Shown piece by piece: positions 54,068-64,000 of a stretch of DNA of 64,000 bases. The notes beneath the pieces are model-generated. The model was not told the DNA's origin. It did not search any database and saw only the letters and a list, made by a program, of their open reading frames with translations. The translations under genes and the position numbers were made by a program. The stretch is taken from positions 52,204,001-52,268,000 of the forward strand of contig NC_043013.1 in assembly GCF_006345805.1 (NCBI RefSeq), given 5' to 3'. How positions within the stretch are numbered: the first letter of the stretch is position 1; each line of letters starts with the position of its first letter. Source of the stretch: Octopus sinensis (Eukaryota).

Positions 54068-54483
54068 GGCGGACGTAAAGAATGTGGACCGCACCCCCTT
54101 TGGTTTAATTTTTTCTTTTCTTTACTTTTTTTAAATTTTTTACAGACACCCTCCCCCATTTTCGAGTAGGGAGATTCTGATTCTGTAACAAAAAAAAAAA
54201 GGCATTTTAAAATTTTAATTTCACACCCACCAAATTCTTCAATTTTCACTTTAAAAAAAAAATTTTAATTTTACAGTTTTTTTTTCAGAATCATAATCTC
54301 CGTATTTTTCTACGTATTTCGCAAAAAAAAAAAAAATTCTGAAAAAATGAAAATTGAAGAGTTTTGTGGGGTGTGGTATTTTTTGTAGAATTAGAACCTC
54401 CGTACTAGAAAATGGGGGATTCTGTGAAGAAAAAAACCCCAAAAAACCAAAGGTGGTTGCGGTCCACATTCTTTTCGTACGCC
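54068..54483. mobile_element. Foldback MITE with 9-bp TSD (Mutator/Merlin-like), inserted in a SINE
   Basis: GGCGGACGTAAAGAATGTGGACCGCA... / ...TGCGGTCCACATTCTTTTCGTACGCC termini, internal inverted segments, TSD AACTAGGTA/AACCAGGTA. Confidence 0.8.
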
Positions 54484-55917
54484 AACCAGGTAACCAACCC
54501 TACGAATCCTAGGACTTGAGGCATTAATGACCAAGGGCTGTTGTCCCTCGTCGTGGGATCCTACCTGGACCTCACAGTCACGAAGCGAACTTCTAAACTA
54601 TTCGGCCACAACTAAATATCAGTTTAAATATCTAAAGTATTTACGAGTGACGGCGAGTGGCCTAGTGGTTAGCATTCACGATCGCGAGATAGTTTGTTCG
54701 ATACTCGGAGCAGGCGGTGCGTTGTGCTCTTGAGCAAAACACTACATCTGTTGCTCTGTGGTCACTTCGACATTTGATGTGTAGCAACCTGTACAGGTGT
54801 GAGCAGACGATGTCGATTTGAAGCAGGCAGCGAGGAGACGTACAGCATGCATTATGTACAACAATTGATCGCAAGAAACGATTTATCTGTGCAGTTTGTT
54901 AAGCAAGACATTGCAGGAAAGAGTCTTTCTCTGGCGTTAACGTTTACTAAATACTAAGTTCAAATGAAATGGAATAGTCATGGTTGGAATGCTTTGGTTA
55001 TAAAAAAGGCTTGACCAGATCTAATCTGGAAATAAGGAACAATAACTTCGACAACTTATTTCAGCTTCATCCAGTCTTCCAGCTCCAGTTTCTATGCTTA
55101 TCGTAGTTTCAAGCTACTCCAGGAAAATCATTTGAGGTTGTGAGCCGTACTCGCTGTCGGGCCCTTAGTGTAAGAATAAATAAACTACCCCCCCCCCCCC
55201 GCTTTCCCTCACCTTCATTCTTAACCTCTCACTCTTTCTTTTGCGCTGCTGCTATAACATACATAGTTCTTCTCCATCTTCTGTGACATCCATACTGACT
55301 TCACTCTATATTTATGTAATTAAGTAATATTTTTATAGTTTATTCAAGGAAGAAGGGGCCATGCCTGTAGCCTTTCGTAGGGACTCAATAACCGATAGGA
55401 AAAAGAGAATAAGTTGTACCTAGAACTGTAATTTCACCCGCCCATAATCCTTACAACAGGGTGCATTTCGCTAAAGGCACCCATAATCCAGTTAGGAGTG
55501 TTAAACCGACGAAGGATTAAAGTCCATCATCCCTAAACAGGGATATTTCTGCCCATGACTTTCCACACAGATTCCATCCATTTATCAAATTTCACCCAAA
55601 AGCCATTTGTCAACCCAATGTCACGACAGAAAAGAGAAACTCGTCCAAAGTACCAGACGTTGGGTTTTGAACCCTGCACCCCGTAGTTGCTAGGCAAGCG
55701 TGCTAACCACCCAAACATGCTTCTACCCAGTTATCAGTGACATGTCAGTGGTCAATCGATAGAAAACCTGTGTCTATTGTACCCGGATTATCGTGTTTCT
55801 TACCTATAATCACTGATTCACCTGATTATATCAGCAAATTTCTATTGACCAGTGTGGAGCTGTGGGTTGGTGGAGGGGTGGCTACTTGAAACCCACTGTA
55901 TTGTTGTTCTAAGGACA

Positions 55918-56152
55918 CCCACCACCGCCACCACTGGCATCATCACCACCGTCACCACCGCCGCCACAACAACCGCTTCTACCATCATCACAACTGCCGC
56001 CAACACCATCACCACCACCGCCGCCATCATCACCACCACCACCACTACCATCGTCACCACCGCCGTCGCTGCCACTTCAGTTTCCATCAATACAGCCACC
56101 GCCAACACAGCCACCACCACCACCACCACCACCACCACCACCACCACCACCA
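55918..56152. repeat. (ACC)n-rich trinucleotide repeat
   Basis: Degenerate ACC/ATC/GCC triplets. Confidence 0.9.
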
Positions 56153-56700
56153 GGCGACGCAACACATAACAACGCAATGTTTGCATTAATTAACTCTACT
56201 GATTATAACAAACTATTACTTTGAATGGTATTGCCATGGTGGTATTGAGTTCAAATCCCGCCGGGGATTGACTTTGCATTTCATCCTTCTTGGGATCGAT
56301 TAGGTAAAGTACCAGTCAAGTAACGGATCGATTAAATCGAATATACTCGTCCGCAATGATATAAGGCCTTGGAAAACACAAGGCCATTGTTGTTGGATAA
56401 CTACTGCTGCGTGGTCTGGCGGCTAGGATGAATATAGGCGCTGGCGCGGCTGTGTGGCAAGAAGCTTGCTTCCCAATCATATGGTTCTGGGTTCAGTTCC
56501 ACTGCGTGACATCTTAGGCAAGTATCTTCTACTATAACCTTGGGCCGACCAAAGCCTTGTGAATGGATCTGGTAGATATATATATATATATATTCCCCAA
56601 CTTCTTAGCTCTCCTGTGTGACCCTTCTGTCGGGCATTCGCCATGATAGATCGGTAGCCACTACACACATTTTTTTCTCTCCTTGTTTCTTTCTGTGTTC

Positions 56701-56736
56701 CTTTCTGTGGATGAGCGTAGGCTCGAAACGTTAAAG
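56701..56736 (+). ncRNA. Atypical ultra-minimal hammerhead-like motif
   Basis: cttt-CTGTGGA-T-gagc(gtag)gctc-GAAA-CG-TT-aaag. Same repeat family as 52727 and the decayed copy near 28580. Confidence 0.4.
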
Positions 56737-56839
56737 ACTTTTTCAATTCCCGAGCATTATATTAATACATCTGTTTGTTTTCTACAACATCTGTCTTCGT
56801 CTTTTATTTTAATCGTGAATTCTCCCTATATATACATAT

Positions 56840-57345
56840 AAATTAGAAAAAACCCACCTTTTATCAATTCAATAATGAAAAATTAAATTATACCATCTAG
56901 AAAAATTACATCTTATATAAAGATTAAATATAAAACATTTAACAATGATTAAACGTATATATTTGGTAGATAAGACATGTAAATTTAATAATAATTGTAA
57001 TTTAGACAATGTAGTCTATAAGTGTATGATAACTTTAATAGATGATAAGAATTTGAATTATCATAATTTAAACACTATTTATATAGGGTCCACTTCGAAT
57101 AAAATTAAATCAAGAGTAGCTCAACATATGTATTCTTTTAGGAATAAAAATCTTATAAATTCAACAAGTCTCAGTAAATATATTTGGGACCTTCAATCTA
57201 GATCTATTAAATATAAATTAACTTGGGAGATTATTTGTAGGGCTAAATCATATTGTATAGGGAGTAATTATTGTTCATTGTGTAATAATGAATTCAAAGA
57301 AATATTATTTAATAACAATTATGTGTTGGTAAATTCATTAGAGGA
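56840..57345 (+). mobile_element. Penelope-like retroelement fragment encoding a GIY-YIG endonuclease
   Basis: ORF 56945-57415 contains C-x5-C...NVVYKC...IYIGST...KSRVAQH..SF...STSLSKYIW...W.II....Y.....CSLCNNE..EI, the layout of C-terminal PLE endonucleases. No RT present; starts at a (TA)n tract. Confidence 0.85.
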
Positions 57346-57508
57346 ACGTAAAGAAAGATGGAGTAGTTGTAATGGCAGTGATGGTAGTGTTGGTTCTTGT
57401 TCACTATTGTTATGATGGTATTGATGATCATGCAGACACACATGTATGTATGTATGTGTGTATGTATGTGTGTGTGAGTGTGTGTATGCATGTGTGTGTA
57501 TGTATGTA

Positions 57509-57550
<42 letters not shown>

Positions 57551-57552
57551 AT

Positions 57553-57630
<78 letters not shown>

Positions 57631-57820
57631 AGTGTAGAACGTTGGAATCAGTGCACACTGCATTTGTAAATAAATAATTCCTTTATTTGTGAATTAAGGC
57701 AACCGTTGGTTTCATGTTAAGAAGAGTGGGAAAATATCCTAGTATCTTAACAATTTTTCAAGCCGATCACATGGAGAAAGGTGTTCTCCCCCATTTTGGA
57801 AAACAATATAAATATATATA

Positions 57821-57856
<36 letters not shown>

Positions 57857-58129
57857 TGTATGTATGTATGTATGTAGTATGTATGTATGTATGTATATGT
57901 ATGTATGTATGTATGATTGTATGTATGTATATATGTATTTATGTGGACAGCGTGCTGAGTCGCTGATTAAAATTACGTCTTAAGATTAAAACTCGTTCGG
58001 CTGGACTCTCATATTTTTATCAACGACGTTATTGTGCGTTTGTGTGTGCGTGCGTGTGTAGGCAAGCTGTTTAAATTTATTTATATACAATTTTAGCTAA
58101 AATAGGTCTCCCTTTCTCTCTCTCTTGCT

Positions 58130-58171
<42 letters not shown>

Positions 58172-58444
58172 GCACATATAAGAAAGTAAATATATGAAGT
58201 ATTATTACCGTTAAAAACAGTAATAATGAGGTGGCTAGCAAGACTTCTACCTGTACAGGTATAATATAAAATATTTGGAGAAAAGAAGGGTAAAGATACC
58301 GCTTGTTAAAAATCAAAGCGAAAGCTTCAAAAACCAACCAGTTCTACAATAAATACACACACGAGCAATGTAATGAATATTTAAAAAATAGGCCTATCTT
58401 CATGATGGAATATGAAGGCAGCTAATGTATTGTGTGTGTGTGAA

Positions 58445-58790
58445 GGCGCATGGCTCAGTGGTTAGAGCGTCGAGCCTACGATCGCGAGGTTGTGAGTTCG
58501 AATCCCGGACCGGGCTGCGTGTTGTGTTCTCGAGCGAGACTCTTTATTCCACATGACTCCTGTTCACTCAGCTGTAGAAATGAGTTGTGACGTCACTGGT
58601 GCCGAGCTGTATCGGCCCCTTTGCCTTTGGGAGTTTTGTATGCATGGGCGACTGCTGGTCTTCCATAAAAACAACCCTAGGCTGTGCGTGCGCCGGTGAG
58701 GCGACTTTCCGCCCAGACATGTACCCCGAGGGGAACCTCTTAGGTGCACCCATAGTCATTCGTGACCGATGGAATCGAGTTTCAGGAGAG
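58445..58790 (+). mobile_element. tRNA-derived SINE family C
   Basis: GGCGCATGGCTCAGTGGTTAGAGCG...GAGTTCGAATCCC head with good A and B boxes, then a TTGTGTTCT(C/T)GAGC..GAC.CTTTATT core. Relatives at about 23395, 53855, 54645 and 60850-61145 (-). Confidence 0.75.
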
Positions 58791-59883
58791 TTTCTATATA
58801 TATGTATATACCTCATTGGCTCATATACGTGTACATACAACGTGGTACGATTTGAAAGGAATATTGATGCTGTTTCTTGCTTAAAGACGTATTTCTCGTT
58901 ATCTTAAAATGCCTTATTCTTTATGAAAGTTCCTTTTAGTTTAATCTTATAATTCCCTTGGCTGCTTTGAGTTTGCAATTTATCCTTCTGTTTACCTGTC
59001 AAATGGGTCGGATTTATAAACAATCGATACAATGAATTTACCTGTTTGTTTCCTTCTCAAGCAGCCAGGTAGATCCATTAGATCTGTCACGTGTAGAAAC
59101 GTTGGAGCTCTCCCGTCCCCCATCTGTGTTTCCCCTCATCATAATCTCTTTGCCGTTCTCAACTTCGATAAATACAAGCAAAAACACGTACACGATTGTA
59201 CATGGTTAAAAAAAATTAATCCTTCTCCACTATCTCCCACCACCACTCACCTGCATCTCTTCCTCATACCAACCGAACCTCGGACTCAGCTACAAGCTAA
59301 TATTTTTTATATTGTGGTAGCCTTTTGTGATTCCAAATCAAGGGTCATAATTCTTTTGTACGAAATTCTTCCACGAATTTTGTTCTTATTTCTCACAACA
59401 GCCGTAAGACATGCCAACAGAATGTGACACTTTCAGGTCTCCAGTGGCGAAGAGTCCAAGCCATAACATTCTTTTCAGCCATTTCTGATGACTTCTGGGT
59501 TTGGCTCTCAACTTCTGGTGTGAAACCAGTCGGCAATTTGGCGCTGATGAGGCTATAATATTGCGTCGATTATATTAAAGTGCAAACGATGGATTCCTGT
59601 GGTGTAAAAAATATATCTGTTTGTCTGTCTGTTTAGCATGTATGTATGTATGTATGTATGTATGTATGTATGTATGTATGTATTTATGTATGTATGTATG
59701 TATGTATGTATGTATGTATGTGTGTGTGTGTATGTGTGTATGTATGTATGTATGTATGTATGTATGTATGTATGTATTTATGTATGTATGTATGTGTGTG
59801 TGTGTGTGTATGTGTGTATGTGTGTATGTATGTATGTATGTATGTATGTATGTATGTATGTATGTATGTATATTGGCTTGGCT

Positions 59884-60480
59884 TCACGAGCGAAGGTTCA
59901 CAGAACGGTATGTTTTGTCTGTTGCAGGCTTGCTAATGCCTGACATGTCCGATTCGAGACAACAAGGCAGAGACACGATCGCAGAGGATACATGGGAAGG
60001 TGATCTTGACTGCAAGCATGGCGCTACGAGTGTCTTGAAAGGTAGCCGATGTCCGAACGCCATTGAGACGCCTGGCCTCATAGTCAGCAACAAGAACAGA
60101 CCACTGGTAATCAATGTGGCTGGCATCGAGCAATTTCTTTGAGGAGTTCTTGCACTTCTTCTTTGGTGCTCCTCTATCACAAAGATTAGCAGAGTCATCT
60201 TGGAACGTCGATGATCCCCTATCCTAGAGATGTGTCCTGCCCAGCATTGTTGTGTCTTCAGCAGATTTGCTTCGATGCCGGTGACGTTCGCTTGTCAAGA
60301 AAATCGATGTCAGTGATAAGGTCATTCCAGTGGATGCCGAGGATGATGCGAAGGCAGCGCTGATTGAATCGCTCAAGGAATGTAGGTGATGCCAACAGAT
60401 GACGTACGACTCTGAACCGTACCAGAGAGTGGTCAGAACGACGGCTCTGTGAATACTGACCTTGGTTCCTTTATGCAGTT
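59884..60480 (-). mobile_element. Decayed RTE/BovB-like LINE ORF2 C-terminal fragment
   Basis: Reverse strand: TKVSIHRAVVLTTLWYGSES...ERFNQRCLRIILGIHWND...CWAGHISR...RGAPKK, with frameshifts. Confidence 0.8.
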
Positions 60481-61979
60481 GCTTATCATTCCAGACTCTA
60501 CATATGTGAGCATCACCACTACCTCACGGTTAGGTGCCTTTAATAAAGACTGTTTTGTTGTTACTAATATTCAGGAGAGGATTTCATCCAGCCCGAAGAA
60601 TACTCTGTTTTCCTCCCTATATCCCAACAATTATAAAGATCTTGTTGGGTTAACTTCATGGTTGTTGATTAATTATTGTGAAGTTTAGACTGCCAGCTTT
60701 CCTACATTAAAACCAACTCCGAACAGTGTTTGATAAGCATCTATTTATACATGTGTACATCACACTATTTATATAATTATTCAGATGCTTGCCAGAGATG
60801 TATTGCTGTCTGCCAATAGTAAATGGACTTCGTAGTTGAATTAATTGTTTGTTCTTTCTCGAGCCATGCCTGGTTTCCCCGTTTCCTTGGCGTATAGGTT
60901 CCCCACCTGGACGGGACGCCGGTCCGTCGCAGGTGAGCTGCAAGAGGCAGGAGGAAAGAGTGGGAGAAAGTTGTGGCGAAAGAGTCAGGCAGAAGTTCGC
61001 CATTACCTTCTGCCGGAGCCGCGTGGAACTCAGGTGTTTCGCTCATAAACACACACACACGCACACATCGCTCGCTCTGAGATTCGAACCCGCGATCCCT
61101 CAACCGCGAGTCCGCTGCTCTAACCACTAGGCCATGCGCCTCCACATAGTTGAATTCATAGTGGATAAGAATCGCTTCGTGTGAGTGACAGTAAAATACT
61201 CTGATCTTCATAGTCGACCATTTCTTTAACTTAGGAATCGAGTAGCATCCAAGAAATGGACTTACAGTCTGTGTCACTAACGTGCTCTTCTCTTCTTTTC
61301 TCTCTCTCTAGTGTGCACGACTGCGGTTTCGCTTTTATAGCCCCCATTTCGCGGGAACATTTGTAATTTTCGATAATATGGGGTGATATTGCTGTAAGAC
61401 GATTGGTTAGCATTCAGGGTAGTCGTCTGATCTGGCATGGCTTGAACCGAGTTAGTAAACCTGACTTGTTTCGAATCTAGGCCTCGCTACAATCTTGCAA
61501 ATGCCGTACCTACAGCTGCCTTTAGTTTTCCTGATTAATCTTCAAAATAAATAAATAAAAATAAGAAACCCAACAAAAATAAATTATTCTGTTGTGTCTG
61601 GGGAGAGTCATCTTCTATTTGTGCCTTATAATGTAACACACTCACCGGTAAAATTACATTATAAGGCACAAAAAGAAAATGACCCTCCCCAGACACAACA
61701 GAATATGCTTCAACACACCAACTCACATAAAGAATCTTGCAAACCAAATCCAAAAGGAAAAAAAAAAATTTTTCTTTATTTAAATACATTTTTATTTTTA
61801 AAAACGACTTTTTACTTTTCAATTTCAGACTTGTTGGAGATATTATGGAAAACAAATTTGCATGCGGTATCTCACAGTTTCGGAGGTATCTCACATGGAA
61901 AAGATATCTAATACTTTAATTTAAAAATACGAAAATTAAAAATATAATAAAAACAATTTGTTGCTTTATAGGTGGCGCA

Positions 61980-62379
61980 ATGCCCATAGTTGCGCCAGTT
62001 TCACAACAGCTTGGTGATGTGGATATTTCAGAGAACAAGTACTCTGGTGTCAATACCGATAACCATTATAAGGACCTGAGAAAACCCCGCCGTGTGAAGT
62101 TCTTTGTGAACGGGGACCGTTTTTCCAAAGGGAAAAAAATTTTCATTACACCGAATCGCTATTTCAATTTCCACGACCTTCTTAACGATTTAACTAATAA
62201 GTTACCGAAAAACAACGTCCACCTGCCTTATGGTGTCCGCCAGATCTTCACAGCCGGACTTGGAGAACTTATTAAAGACATAGAACAATTGCAAGATGGT
62301 AAATCTTACGTTTGTGCTGGATTCGAAGGTTACAAGACCATTAAATATGGAAATTACGAAATGGAACCTTGGTCGTTCG
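61980..62379 (+). CDS. Doublecortin (DCX) domain-containing protein, coding exon; gene continues beyond the window
   Basis: RRVKFFVNGDRFSKGKKIFITPNRYFNFHDLLNDLTNKLPKNNVHLPYGVRQIFT...IKDIEQLQDGKSYVCAGFEGYKTIKY is a complete DCX repeat (NGD, LPxGVRxI, LxDGxxYVC). Acceptor TTTATAG ends at 61971, donor G|GTGAGA at 62380. The ATG may be the start or internal, since the frame is open to the acceptor. Subfamily (DCLK, DCDC2, RP1 or DCX-EML) not resolvable. Confidence 0.92.
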
Positions 62380-63320
62380 GTGAGACAGTTTTATTATTAC
62401 CATGAGCTTTTCTTTTCTTTTTTATTTGTGTCACTTCTTAGACTGTGACCATGCTGGGGCACCACCTTGAAGGGTTTTAGTCGAAGATATCGACTCCAGT
62501 ACTTATTTTTTATGTCTGTTACTTATTCTATTGGTCGCTTTGTTTGTTCGCTTACGAAAACGTGAATAAACCAACATCGGTTGTGAAGCGGTATTGATAC
62601 AAACTGATGCGTGTTTCTCAATTCTCTGCCCTTTCCTTTCCCCGCGAGGTAGTGATGGCTATTCCTATATATATATATATGTATAAAAATGAAGTCTCAC
62701 TGAGAAGAATTCAATCAAATTCAAGTCGATCTTTCGATCTTTGTACATATAAGCTGTAAGACAAAATGAACAAAGACTGCATCGGGAAAAAAGAAAGAAA
62801 AATTTATATGTTCGAAACATTGCCTACGATTGTCCCGGACTGTATTCGTACTGTAAATTCTTGGTCTAACAATTCGTAATGCGAGGGGCTGGCTTGTTTC
62901 AGGGATTGCTTGAGGAAAATATCAACCATGAATTATAAATTAATATCAATTATAATAAACAAACAACAACAACAAAAAAATGAAAAAGGGAGAGGGTAAG
63001 TGACTTGAGATTTCACATTTGTTGAGATAGGTTTGGCTATTATTTCTAACAACAGAGGTTGCATGACAATTCTAGGCGAACGTAAAGTGAAAATACGAAG
63101 CGGAAGTGGAAAAAGAAAGGGCGGAAGTTGTTAAATGTCAAACGAAAATCGAAACTGAATGCAATGTGAAAGGGGACCGTTTATTTAGTTTTCTTTTTTA
63201 TCGGATTTATAAGGTCGGTTGCCTAGTTTTCATGGTCTGTAAATGACCGGGGTCACAACATGCTTCCTGAACAAGATGTCGGTCCATTGCAGAGTTGAAA
63301 GGTAACAATTTTTTTTTTTT

Positions 63321-63421
63321 GCGGGGGTAAAGAATACGCAAACCACCCGTTTTCGGTGTAACCCAAACCCTTAACCTAACCCTAAACCCTAAACACAGGT
63401 GTGCGCATTCTTTACCTTCGC
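63321..63421. mobile_element. Small MITE with internal telomere-like (CCCTAA) repeats
   Basis: 20-bp inverted termini (3 mismatches) GCGGGGGTAAAGAATACGCA / TGCGCATTCTTTACCTTCGC around AACCCAAACCCTTAACCTAACCCTAAACCCTAA. Confidence 0.65.
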
Positions 63422-64000
63422 CCAATTTTAAAAATATTTTTAATGGAAGAGGTCAGTCGATTATATCAACCCCAGTACTTGACTGGTACGTTATTTTATT
63501 GACCCTGAAGGGATGAAAAGCAAAGTCAACCTCAGCGGGATTTGAACTCGAAACGTAAAGAGCCATTAGAAGATTGCACTAGCAACATTTCTTATCCCTT
63601 TTCTGTTTTTTTTTTGTGTTTTTTTCTCCTGTAATTTATTTTCTGTCCCCCACTCCATGACATCCTTGTATCGATCCACGGAAATGAAATCAAATATATT
63701 GATTACCCACAATTTATTTTTGTCTCGTCTGCTGTAAGCTCACAAGTGGTCGATATCGATCTGTTTTGACAAGTCACACACAGCTGATTTCCCATGGGGG
63801 GATCTTCTAATCGAATAATCGAACGTAAGAACATGTGCCAGTATTATTGATCTTTTATCCTGCATATGGATAGGTAGATGGGTTTGTCATGGCTGGCATG
63901 TCTTTGGACATAGATCTACTTGGTCAAAGTTGACTCGGAATTAAATAGCAAAGTAACAACAACAACAGCATCACCAGTATTTCCAAAGGACAGTATCCCC

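Noticed and set aside
55842-56186. Thr-rich mucin-like / Val-rich ORFs
   Set aside because: Translation of an (ACC)n microsatellite, with no splice or domain support.
58445-58520. Possible tRNA gene
   Set aside because: Good A and B boxes but no proper acceptor or anticodon stem, and it continues into a SINE body with relatives elsewhere in the window.
59485-59600. Two CTGATGA heptamers
   Set aside because: No convincing stem II/GAAA/stem III arrangement.
63361-63393. Interstitial telomere
   Set aside because: Only a few degenerate units, enclosed by inverted termini; better explained as MITE interior.

Overview
AT-rich, microsatellite-dense animal genomic DNA. The SINE/LINE content points to an octopus (inferred from recognised repeat families, not proven). 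Two intron-containing protein-coding genes are visible on the + strand: the last six exons of a GH31 lysosomal alpha-glucosidase (GAA-like; 228-9034, all splice phases consistent) and one exon encoding a doublecortin (DCX) domain (about 61972-62379). The roughly 53 kb between them has no exon I can support. It is filled with tRNA-derived SINEs, RTE and R4/Dong-type LINE fragments, a Penelope-type GIY-YIG fragment, a broken mariner and several MITEs (piggyBac-, hAT- and 9-bp-TSD types). The most interesting signal is a dispersed set of minimal type I hammerhead-ribozyme motifs with palindromic stem III. Several sit in short elements that lie within (TA)n tracts and carry inverted arms, suggesting a varied population of Penelope-derived, ribozyme-bearing non-autonomous retroelements. 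Also notable are a 5-copy ~335 bp tandem amplification in an RTE 3' UTR, several long hairpins or palindromes, and an apparent change in CpG depletion near 43-44 kb. Repeat coordinates are approximate; exon and ribozyme coordinates were read base by base.
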